Assembly (NCBI RefSeq): GCF_003704095.1
Contig: NW_020846122.1
Span: 310,001-374,000 of the forward strand
DNA: 64,000 nt
From: Pocillopora damicornis
Taxonomy: Eukaryota
Direction: 5' to 3'
Shown piece by piece: positions 34,401 through 47,100 of the stretch. Each line of letters starts with the position of its first letter. Position 1 is the stretch's first letter. Made by a program: the position numbers and the translations under genes. Below the pieces are notes generated by a model. That model searched no databases. It had not been told where the DNA came from and saw nothing but the letters and a program-made list of their open reading frames with translations.

Positions 34401-37400
34401 ACCACAGAACAATTGCCCCACAGGGCATCTGTAAATATGCACATTGCCTCTGGACAAGCTAGAACTTTTATAAATTAAACCGAATACTTCTCTCAGTAAT
34501 TCGTAACTCGTACAACCAGAGTGACAATTTGAGTTCAGGATATTTAAACCAAACGAGGTATCCTCGATCACTTGCTGTGTTCAGGTCCAGATCAACAAAA
34601 CACTTGAAAAAACTGTGCACAACTTTTCTGCCGCATTCATCATTTCGTTACCAAGTCAATTTTTCAGATTTCTTCTCGAGAATCAATATCTGACAGCCGA
34701 GGGGAGCGATCTGCCATTTTCATCGGAAGAGCCTGGAAACAACTACAAATGAGATGAATACAATTTGCAGCGTATCATTGTTGGTTGGTACTGCGCATGC
34801 ACAGAAAACTGCTTATTTACGCAAGTCCAGAGGTGGGCAACGGAAAGGAAGAGTAATTGTTCGAGGATGTTTTCAAATATATATTTTTTTAGGGGAAAGG
34901 AAAATATTGCTATAATACACAGTTAGTTTAAAGCAGTTTGAAAAATCATAAAATGTTACAGAAGAGGGGCATGTGGGGTTCCAATTTTCCTTACTTGAAT
35001 TAACAAGCTTTTGGTTCTTTCAAGTACTTGTCCTTTATCACTTTTTTAAAAAATTAACGATATAAAAGGGAAATCGCCAGTGTGTGTGTTATTCAAATGA
35101 ATGAAAGACCCTGTTCCTCACTGTTTGGCATCAAAGCTATTCGTTATTTTTATGAAAAACTACGTGACTAAGCCAAACCCATAATCCTTACAGCCATGCA
35201 CTCTGTTGAGTCATCACGGTCATCCATCGAAGGCCTTTAAGGAGGAATGAGGCGATCCGGAAGATTTAATAAGGACCAGGCTACATGCTTCTGTTTTTAA
35301 TTCATTTACAAATTGTTTCTGATGCATCTTTTGCAATTGTTTGATTAAAGAAAGAAAAAAAAAACAGCGTGGGAGATGTGACATAACTTGGTCCGCAGTT
35401 TCCACCTTGGGTTTCTTCCGTATGTTTATCTTTTTGATCTGCTTTCCAGACCGTCCTCGGCATACCTGTTTTTGTCCCACGTTAGTCCCACGTTCCGCCT
35501 GATCATTATTCCCTCTTCTCACCTTTATATTTTTGTTACTTCTTGAAGGCTGCCTATGGTGACCTTAGAGCTGAGGAAAAGAGTTGATCCAGTTTTCTTG
35601 AAGATATTTAAACAGTTTTAAACTGAAGACGTAATTTGTCCTACATTTTTCTTTTCACACCTCTGTGTCCATTATTACTAAATCAAATAATTTAACAATG
35701 ATTATAGACAATTTCGTGATGTTCTCGACGAAAGGGCAGTTCTATCCTTTGTCCTACACAAGAGACAAAGACAAGTAAAAACGTCTGCTGACAGGATGAC
35801 AATAAAAAACTTTAGTCTACCGAATCGAGAAAATTTATTGCTGTCTTTTATGGCACAGTAGAAGCCTTCTGACTTTAAGATCAACAACTAACATTCTCTC
35901 TGACAGGAAATTCATTCGTGACTCTCTCCTTTCCTGGCGGACGAATCATAAGCCTTACAAATGACTGATGAAAGATTGCTAGAGCTATTGATAACCAGAA
36001 TCTTTATCGATTGCTTTAATGACAAATTGAACGATTTGCCACGTTATCGTTTCTAGATATTGATGGATGTCGATAACGAAATTATTTTCAAGAAATGGAA
36101 AATAGAGGAATGCAAAGATATTGGAAAGGAAAATTGTGTGAGGGACATTGCTGATTGTGAGCTAGAAAATCTGACACATCACTGACTGTAGCCTTTCATT
36201 GAAACCAGATTTTTCCTGTTTTCCCTCTTCATCACGGTAAACCCTCGTGAATAAATCCAATATGCCTCACCACGATCACCTGGAGGATTGCAATCGAATA
36301 GGAATTTGTAATCATCACAGTAAACTGATGAGTGAAAGTAGCAATCCCTTGACAAAACACACACACACAAAAATGGGTTTCTCTCCATCAGACGAGAATA
36401 CTCTTTACAATGTTTTGTGCTGGGACAGACATGAGAAATTAGCGCAAAGCTAATCCTCTTACGGCCTCCAAACAAAATATTCTTCATTTTTTTCTTTCGT
36501 GACACCAAGGCTACGTAATCAACGCACCTTAAAGCACAGAACATTGTGCGTTCGTGCGACACGTGCTGACTATTTGGCTGTGGAATTGACGAGAAAGAAA
36601 AGAAGCGTTCACGTAGTGACGGCTAGACAATGAGACAAAAATACCAATATCAGTAACACTGATGGTATTAAAATATTTAGATGGACTTACCGCGAGATAT
36701 GACATCTTTATATCCCTAGTCTTATTTGGCTACAAAAACAAAGATAATTTCCGCTTCGTACGACTTTGGCCCACCCACACGCATGTTACCTTCTTGATCA
36801 GGAATAAAATAAGAACCTGGAGAGAGATCAAAAGGAAAAGATTAATTTTTGCAGCTGGTCTGTAATTACACAAGAAAGTGGCATGTTGAGAATTCCATCG
36901 AAGGTTGTTCAAGTCTAGGGTTGGTAAAGATTGTTGTCTTGTTAGTTTTTTGCATTTCGTGACAGTTTTAAATAGAGTTGTTAATTCAAGCTTCAAGCCA
37001 TGTGTGACTTTGAGGGAATGACGTCATAATAGACGACCACCAGAACGCATTGGTTCATGAAGTGTGAAAGTTGTTATTAAAAATACGTTTATACCACCGA
37101 ATTCGTAAGGCTGAGAAGACTCACTAAAAACCGAGGACTTAAAAAAGTATATTCATAATTTTTGGGTGATAGAATGTGACCTACAGTTGCCACAAATCCT
37201 CTTTAGCATTTAGTTTTAAATACTTGAAATAGGTAACTGTCACCTAACTTTGTGAAAAAGAGCTCAAAATTTGTACAAACCATACTAAATTTTGGAAATA
37301 TTTTCTTCTTTCCAACATATTTTCTCAGAGACTTGCTGACAACTGGGAATTACGTATCGCAATAGAGTCCAAAGATAATATTTCTTATCCACTTCAGACG

Positions 37401-39193
37401 AGAGAAACGTGAAACTATGACGGAGATGCATGAAATTAAAACCACGATATTTTATCAAAACTGAAAGTTAAAAGTCAGTTCACAAAAGGAGACTGTCCTT
37501 TGTATATTAACAGGTCCGGGCAAGTGACATTCCGTCCTTGTTACTAGCTCATTACGTGTGGTATATATCATTCGTGTTTTCATTTGTCATAAAAAAAAAG
37601 TTACATAAAAAAATATATGAAAATACGGTGGTATAAGTAGTGAGAAAACAAATAATGGATTAAAAAAAGCTATATATAGCTAAGAACATGCGCACAGAAA
37701 AAACCATACAAAGGGAAAAAAATTTTGATCATCCCTTTCCTGGCGGTTTACTAGGGAGAAAATCACGATATGTTCTGTTTAATTCAGCAAATATAAGCAA
37801 GCTAAAAGGATTGTCAATTATTTGTAATTTTTTCCAAAGCTGAGAAGGAGATTAAGAATTTTTGGAGCAAAATCCTTATTATTCTAATCCGATTATCTTA
37901 GTGTATGATTTCTTTCACTGTATTTCCATGGGATTATACCGGAGATTTTGTTTTCACGACTACGCAACACAAAGATTGAAATAATGAGACATCTTTGTTA
38001 CGTGGCAACAATTTACAAGTAACGTGTATTGATCTACTTAGCAGACCCTATAAATTTAAGGGAACACAAAACTTCATCACACAACACCAGTCTGTACTTG
38101 CTCCGAAAAGAAATGTTTTCGTCAAGTTATGTCTCTTTAGTAACCTGGCACGTGTGGATAACAAGCTCAAGAGGTTTCACAAATCGGGACAGACTTATTG
38201 TTAGCTTAATATAGTTCTTAGTTATCTATTTTTGAAATGAGCGCTTGGCGTTCCTTAGTGGGTAATACCACATACCACATTGATGAGGAGGCTAAAATGA
38301 TACATAAGAACCCAAAGAGACATTTTCATGTGATAGTTACGATCATTTGTCATAATAATAATAATAATAAAATCGCTTCGAATATGTCAGTGAAAACGAT
38401 ATGGATAAGCAAAGGTCACTACTCTAGTTGCTGATACAATCACACACACACGAACACACACACAGGCTCTAGACAGTTGTGATCGCCACAAACAGGGGGT
38501 TTAGTTCAAATATCAAGACCTTATGTTATGGACATCTCTTCAAAATGTCCACAATTTTCAGACAGCCCTTGACCAGATCCTCTGACCTAAAACTGAACTT
38601 CGAAATGATTCTTTTCCACGAGGAGTAATTGCACGAGAAAATATTTAGGAAATCTGGTGATTCCTAAGATAATTTTTGCGTATTTATATACATGTATGGC
38701 ATGACATAAAGCCATCTGAAAATGTACTCATCTTGGAGAATCTTTAACGCGTTTAGCAACCATCGATTGAACTTCTCATGATCAGATTTTATTGATTGGT
38801 TATTTCCTTCATTTAACAAGAAAAGGTTGCCCTGATTGTTCTAGTATTTCCTTTTAATTCTTAGACACTCGAACCTACGACTAAACACTTAAAAGTAGAC
38901 AAGATATCTACAAAAACAAGGATAACAATGGAAGGAGAGCAGCTCGGAAATATTGTCTCAAACTGATTAAGTTGATTTTGAGAGGAAATAGGTAACAGAC
39001 CCATACGTTTGTCGAGTTTAAAATATTTCAATCGCAAAATGCTTCTTCGCATATAGCAAAGAAGCGCTTCAACGATAAAAAAACCGTGAGAATTGAAAGA
39101 CTAAATTTCACAATGTTGGCTTTTGATAAGACTCTCAAAGAAATTTGCTACCCAAAATTAAATTAGGTTCACTCAAATTATATTTGTGTTTCC

Positions 39194-39351
39194 ATTTGTT
39201 CTGGCGAAGGGCTAACGCTCGAAACGCCAGCTTTTAAACGGTTCTTTACAGTGGCCAATTTACGTAATCAACTCAGTTGATAAGACCAAATTAGCCTGTT
39301 ATATTCTCCCATCGACGCAGCACCAGTTTCTTTAGAAACTTACCCCCTTTA
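39194..39351 (+). mobile_element. Repeat carrying a degenerate minimal hammerhead-ribozyme core (Penelope-like element/retrozyme remnant)
   Basis: CTGGCGA-AGGGC-TAAC-GCTC-GAAAC-GCC at 39201-39228, versus hammerhead CUGANGA..GAAA..UH. The minus-strand fragment at about 10212-10230 has the unmutated TGACGAAGGGCTAACGCT. Confidence 0.5.
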
Positions 39352-41062
39352 CACATGTCTGTGTTAAGTTGAGTTGGGGTAATAAATAACAAAATAATCC
39401 AAAGAACTCTGCTGAGGCTTGTATCATTGATCAAGAAAAATAAACCTTTTCACTGCTGAAAGATGTTTTTCATTTGTTTGTTTAATTGTTTTCCCTTTCT
39501 GAGCTCGAATATTCAATATTCGAAGAAGATCGAATATTCACATGAAAAAATATAATTAATCTTAGTTCGAGAGACGTCACCCAGAAATAAAAGCGGTCAT
39601 AATAGACTAAATATGTGGGTTTTATCTTGAAACTAGGTTAAAAAAAAAAGAGCCCAATAGTCTTAAAACGAAAAAAAAAAGGGAAAAAAAGCAACATATC
39701 TGGCTGGTACACAAGTGGAATTAGTCGAATTTTGATTTCTAAATTGCTTTAGAATTCTAAACAAACGAACAATACTGAAAGGGGTGAGATTTGTTCCATA
39801 AATCATTACGCATTGCAGCAAAAACTGTGAACAGTTCTTTAATTGTGTTTTCATTACTCATGTCAGCTTAACACCTTATAATTTTTTTTTAAAGCGTAAC
39901 GGTTGGCAAGGATCCTGTTCATAATGGCGTCCATAAACGAAGAAGTACTTAATTGTCTTTGTTTTTCTCTTCCAGTGAACTGGAAATTCAAAGTTCACCG
40001 CGTAGCCTAAATGAGATAAAAAGGTCGGCACTGAAGATTTTTTCCCCCTGGCAGCAAATACCGTGTCAGAAGCGAGGTTATTGGACAGTGTTGACGTCTA
40101 CACTTTTAAAAGATAACACGATAAGCAGTAATTAAAGAAATAACTCTAGGCAACAAGAGAAGTTACTTTAACAAGGTTATGCTACTTCAGCGTCGCGCTA
40201 CACATGTTTTGAGAGATTTGGTGACTTATTCAAATTGCTCAAAATTAAGCCAATTTTTTTGGGCCTTGTCTTCAGGCGCCGCTCTGACTGGGCTCATTCA
40301 AGAGCTCATTCTTGATAATGAATTGAATAAACTTGGCACTTACTGCTGAAATCCTTTCCAAATTACACCCATCCGTTGTGTGTTATGCTCACAGCACAGA
40401 AACAAATCAATAACATTCAAGAGAAGTTCAACAACGGGAAATTGGCTCGATACGCCAGACAGATAAATGAAGGCATGCGATGAGTACAAATTCAAACATG
40501 CGAAAATCATAGAGATCGCTATCAATAACCTGCAAACGATTATGCACAACACCTTTGATGTATTGAAATCGGGAGCAAACAAAGAACTCGCTAGACAAAT
40601 AAAGCAAAGAGAAAAATACACAACTATACACCACTTACAGAATAACCCTCGTGGTATAAAACAATCGACAAAGCTTAACTTAAACTCAATCTTCTACACC
40701 GATAACTGGCTACATACGAGCCATTGACACACACATACAAACTCTCACTATGGGATCGTGTTATGTAAATCGCTGTTGACAGCTTGACCTGTTTTGAGTA
40801 TGGCAGCGATGATAAATGATCAAGCAACCCAAAGGTATGTTTGAAATGAACCAGCTTCTGGTGATAGGCAGTGATTAATGTCATTCGGTCATCGATTAGT
40901 GTTCGCGTGCTCAACACTATGCACCACAAGTAATATATCACAGAAGCCTTCTTCTCCTCCCCCGATCGTCGGCGGCGCCTGCGTGGCGAGAAATTTGCGA
41001 GTCTTTGTGACGGAAGTGGGAAAAGTCCGTTGAAAAGCGACACACATACGCTCAATTGTCAT

Positions 41063-41069
41063 TATATAA
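41063..41069 (+). promoter_or_regulatory. TATA box of BMPER-like gene
   Basis: TATATAA about 90 nt upstream of ATG 41159, preceded by a GC-rich patch (40960-40990) containing GGCGCC. Confidence 0.5.
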
Positions 41070-41158
41070 GCCCAAGCTAGAACACTTAAGATGCAGTGAA
41101 GTGGAAGTCGTAATCGGGTTAAGGTTGACTTGACTATATTTTAGAAAATCGTTTTGGC

Positions 41159-44100
41159 ATGTTTGACTCAAGGCAAGGTAATTTGCGGCTGTCGAGTTCG
41201 CTCGCTTTTTTGCTCCTCATTTCCTCTGTTGCTGGTGGCGGCGTGGCACCGGGATTTAAAATACAAGGTTTGTGTGTACATTATAGAGATTTTAGTGTTC
41301 AAAACCGCAGGAGAGCAAATTTAGAGCCACTGACTGCGACATTATCTACTCCTAGGGAGCCTGGCTTCGTGCACTGTTGAGAACGCAGTCATTGAGCTAC
41401 CAATTTTGGCGGGAAATCCATGTTTTGTGTGCCGATGCAAGGTTAGTGGAAGCCCTGAGTTTTTCTTTTTAAAGAATTTATAACCAGTTCGTGACATCAT
41501 TGTTCAGAGTGTTTCGATAAGAACTGCCTACAGTGACAACCTTGGCAGGAAACACAAACGCGTCTATAAAAAGGCGAGCGAAGTTTTTATAGGATTAGGA
41601 AATGGTCAAAATTGCTGTTCAAATTTCAACGTAAACATTCGGTGGGAGGAAGGCAAAGACACTTATTTACTTTTCAGATGGAGGAAAAATTATCACTGAT
41701 AGCTGATGGAGCTGATGATGGCTCATTCCGTCTAGTCCTAGTAAAATCATTGGCTACAGACGCGTGCAAATATTTGGAATATGTCCATAGAACGCACCAT
41801 CACTTGTCCAATTTGTCTACCACCGTGCACACTAATTGAACATAAGTGAAGTAACACTCGCACGCGGTTTAGTTTTTGTGTATATGCTTTATTTAGATAA
41901 ATCAGCAAGCTAAATAAAGAACGGGGCTCGCGTATCTAAACAGAAAATTCGACAGCTTGGGATAGTTTGTAAGTGGGAGAGATAACAAAGAAAAAAAGTA
42001 ACTAAGAGAGTCGAGAACTGATCAACTCGTGTTCATCTTATCGGGAAGGGGTCGAGATTGAAATCATCATAAGCTCGTCAACAACAATTTACTCTTGAAC
42101 TGTTTCGTGGTTGAATAGCTTCCCTTGTTATTTGAAGTAAATTGCTTTCCGTTTGCTATGCGAAAAACGTCAACTTCACAAAAGTACACTTTAGCCTGTC
42201 CGTTAAATGACAATAGGCAAAGAGTAGAATCATTAACGCACTTGAGAATCACTCAGGCTACTACTAATGGCACAACAAACAACAAGTGCTTTTTCCACTT
42301 TTGATTCAGCTGGTTCGTGTTCAAATATATTACCGAGGAATACGGAATTTGTTTCTACAAAGACGAAGACACGATGCGATTAGCGGGAAAACACCAAGTC
42401 ACGTACACTTTAGGCGATATTGCAAATGCCTTCCTTGGGTTGGGGTTAAAATAAAAGGTTATAAGTTCTCATCTGTATTTCTTCCTCTGTATCACATGTG
42501 TTCTCGCTAGCGGTCAACTTTTTCCTAGGTTAGGAATTCCTAATATACACATATCTGAATGATTTCGAGTTGATGGATTTTCTAGTGGTGGGCATAAATT
42601 TTTTGAACAGCCTCGCCCGTTCCTCTAATCCGTCACTATTTGAAAACAAATTTCTTACCTTCGTGAGCAGAATGAGTATCTTGTAGCAGTTTTGAACTGA
42701 AAAAAAATCAGTCGCAATAGTTCCTTAGACTATTAATCCGAAAAATGTGCTTTGAGTTTCATTCTCACCTCAACACGTTGTGATTGACGAATTACGAAAT
42801 ACATGCCTGAATATAATTAGGAGATTTGGGTGAAAAAATTATTTCAGTTGTTACTCTTGCCGTACGAACACATTTCGAGGTTGCGTCTCAACTACGAGAA
42901 TGCCTCCAAAACGAAGGGAAAATTCCATTCAATACGAAAGCGAGAGGTTGGGTGTTTTCGTACTAAAGGGTTCAGTTATTTGAAGAATGCGAAACTTCAG
43001 CTATAAAAAGTGAAATTGAAAGACATGGCTGATAAAACAATCAATCTGATAAATAACTGACACTAGAAGCCTAAAACGAACATAGCAGACACGTTTGATG
43101 GCTAAATTACTCCAAACCGCGACTTTAAAAATCAGTTTTGGCACGAAGGTAACTGTCTTTCACAAATCAGTCGAAAATCCACTGATGAAATGATGGACAT
43201 AAAAGCCGGTTTCAGTTCTCCTTCTTTCCCGTCCTGAGTTTCCAATACCTTTTTAATCATTTTAGCCTTTTTTTAATTACCTACACGTAGCTTCAGTCGT
43301 TGCTCCAGACAGAAAAATAAATTAACTGTACTTCACCTGAAGAGAACACGATATAATTTAATTTTGACAGTGTAATTCATAACTGAGTTGCTTTCATCCA
43401 TCTTTTCATTCAAGTCAAAAGTGATTGATTGGCACATTTCCGAAGGATTACTCTAGGAATGATTGGCAATTTTTAACGTCGTCTGTTTCTCGTTTCTTCT
43501 TTAAGATACAGCGAGAAATCACATGCAAGATAGTTATCACACCCTTTCCTTCCTAAGATTTGACATTCTGATATCCTTTCGTGTATTTTGAGTCACAAGT
43601 CACTGGTATTTGTTATGTTCTCCTCTTTATTAACGTCAGCGGCAACAAGATTAGAAACATTTGCATTGATAAGATGATAAGTTTTCTCAGTGCTGTATCT
43701 TTTATCAGTCTACGACTCAATAACAGGCTTTGGCATGCTAATACAAAAATCCAATTTAACCTCCCATGTTATTGCTTAAGATAATTTGCATAACTAAAAT
43801 TGTATCAAATATTTTCTTCTCATGAAATCGCATGCAGAAATATCCAAAAACACGTGGATTTATCCCAAAGAAGCGAGTTGTGAGCCGATCTCACCTAACC
43901 GTCAACTATAACACGAAAAAAGTGTTAAATTTCTTTCATTATTTCCATCTTTTTGCCTTAAAACGGATTCCCAAGATGTTTTTTAATAAAAAGAGAAGGA
44001 ATCTGACCCAGAAACAGTCACACAAGATAAAAACAGTGTTTGTTTAACCAAGTGACTTTTCGTGCAATTCTTACGTCAAAGAATCTTCCACACCTCATCG

Positions 44101-47100
44101 TGGCCACGGAGACAGAAAGTGAAAAGGGTTTTGAACCCAAATACGGAAAATATCTGTGTATCAATAAAAAAAAATGTTATGGTAACACAGATTGCAACGG
44201 AAAAAAAAAAACAAATCTTTTTGAACACCGCAGAAGAAAATCGTGATCCGTCGAAGTTAACTTTCATGTGGTTCGATGTCACTCATCACATCAAAGAGGT
44301 ACCCACAAGCAAATAAAGAAAATCTCAACGGTCTTCCTTTAAAAGAACGTCGTGTTAACGTAGTCAGGTTCTTTCTCAAGCATTCGTTTATTTTTCCTGT
44401 TATCTTATGAGTAACCTTCCAAGCGTTTTAAACCTATGGAATTTGTCCCCTAGAGACTTTTATTAACCCTAAGTTACCACTGTAACATAAAATAAAAGCC
44501 CAAATTATGGGTTCTGCCATGACGGTTTCTGTGATGGAAGAATTTAACGATTGTTGGCAAAAATTAAAATTGAAATCATTAAAAAACCTTCAACTTAGAA
44601 ATATCATGTTGAATGCAGTTTAGTCATCCAATATGACGAAGTGAGGAATCATTACTTTAACACGCTTAGATCCTTTAATTTTGGTCGAATTACCACAGTT
44701 TAAAATAGCCAGTGAATTAAAAAAAAGCCATCAGAAAATTAGCTTATATTTCCCACGAGAAAATAAATGGGAAAAATTTTATCCTTCTATCTTAAAGTAA
44801 TCCGTGTAAGAGACTACAAAAAATGAAGTAATCAAATTATGTAACACTATGTGGTACCGTTTATTGACTTGCATTAAGAATCTATCGTGCACAGCATGAC
44901 AGTATAAGTCAAGTGCTTCGATGTGGCGCTTTTTCCTCCCTTGCAAGGGATCGTCATAAGCCCCACAGGGTCGCCCTTAATAGTTCAAAGTACTGCAGAG
45001 AGGTTTTGATACGTAAAGACAAGCTCAGAATATCTTACTATTTAAGTGCTTGGCTATGTTGCTGTTTTGTACACGTTTGTTATTTTTTCATCAGTCGAAG
45101 ACACTTTCCAGTATAAAGGGAGATTTTTGAAAATGCAAGTTCTTTAAACGTTGACTCGGATGGCTTATAGGTGCGGCCTGTAGTTCATAATTCATCAAGC
45201 GTTAGGACGCCATGATTAAATATAATTTTCCAGAGTTGGTCTCTCTTCGTTACGTTCGATAGACACTAAAACCGTTATCTATCCAAGTGCTTCGATTACT
45301 TCACCACTAAAAATCGTTCGTTTCATTGTAGGAAATTGCAATGTCTAAGTTCGATGACATACAACCCAAATAAGACCTGTAGAAGTAGTAGAAGAAGAAG
45401 TACAAAATGATTTCGACTAAAACGTATCAAATCTTCGTGCCGTGTCAGTAGGGTAGCTCTTCCGTTTCAAAACGCTGATATTTTATCTTGAGAATGATTA
45501 CTAGTGCTTATAAGGACTACATAGTAAGCCCCCTTGTGACTACAATTAACAGCAAGGATATCGCAAGAGACTTCAAATTATTTGGATCATTACATGCCTG
45601 TGGTTTACTTATTATAATGGTGGTATGAGAGTTTAAGCCGAGGAGAAAAACAGCTGATGGGTCAATAGCATTTACGCAAAAGACGTTTCCTTTAGGGGGA
45701 GCCTTTCTTTTAGCCTGTCTGTAAACATGAAACAAGATACGGGTGTGTATAACCTCTTATGCCGCTGCAGAGTGGCATCAGCAATCGCACTATCGTTGAA
45801 AAACAAGCAACTAATCGCTATAATCTTGGCACTTGTTCACTTTGTTGGGGGCCTTTTCTCTGTTTGATGTGTCACGTATTATCATCAATTCTGTGAGACA
45901 TATCGATATTGCCCCAAGGGTGGTATTAAAATTCAGACAAAATAACATTAAGTACTTCAATTTATTTACCTCGAATTCCGTGCTGCACGCATTATTCACA
46001 TAACTTAACAAGTACGTTGTAGTGCTCAGGAAATCCAGTCAAGATCATTTGCCAATTGTCATTGCTTAATACCTCGCGGGAAATGTTTTTCAGGAAACAA
46101 TTATATTTGCTGATCAGAAAGATATTTCGATTCACAAATACAAAAAAGGAAAGATAGATAAGATCTCTGAGCTAAAGACCACAACCTCCTTGGAATCTCT
46201 TTCTCTGTCAAGTTCTCCAAAAAGATACCGTTGCAGCAATAAGTCAAACAGATAATAAAGGAAGTAGAAAATATTTCTCCATCGGTTAAGTGGGAGTCAG
46301 ACCCCAACTGACTGCGATCCTTGACAGTATAAACTGATTAATTGTGCCACAGGCGCCCTTCATTCTTAGATGAAGTGACATACCAATTCAGACTTGATAT
46401 ATTTGAAAAAATTCAACAGTTGTTTAGTCTCCTATTTCTGATCTGAACGAACTGAAACCCAAGATCCTTAGGCTAACAAACTCCAAACATCTACCACATT
46501 AAACAGGTAAAAACCGAGATTTGGCAAACAACCATAAAATAAGTGTCACAAGACAACTCTGTAGGTTATATTGCCCTCTTATTTTAGTCAGCTATCATGC
46601 CTTTCTCCCAATCCTTCCCTTCCCCCCGCCCCTCGGGAAAAGACATATCAAAATAGCTTTGTCAGTATATTAAGAGTCAACTTGTAGAAAACATTCAAAC
46701 CATTCCTCTAGTAATGGAAAGAAACTTAAGGAAGTGGATTCTGACGGACGTTTGACGAACATTTAACACCCATGGAGAAATCAATATAGAAATTCTAGGC
46801 GTGAATCGAGAACTTAATAAGGAACAACTAAGCATCGACCAATTATAGATCAGTTATCAATTNNNNNNNNNNNNNNNNNNNNNNNNNNNNNNNNNNNNNN
46901 NNNNNNNNNNNNNNNNNNNNNNNNNNNNNNNNNNNNNNNNNNNNNNNNNNNNNNNNNNNNNNGTCAAATATTTCCCAAACGATCTGATGATTACATTTCC
47001 ATTTTGGTTTCATTTGAACAGCTAGTCAGAGGTGAAAAATTCAGCTATGTCTTCCTGTATTGATCTTTTGTTCCTCAGTGCAATGCGTATGCGTCCTTGC

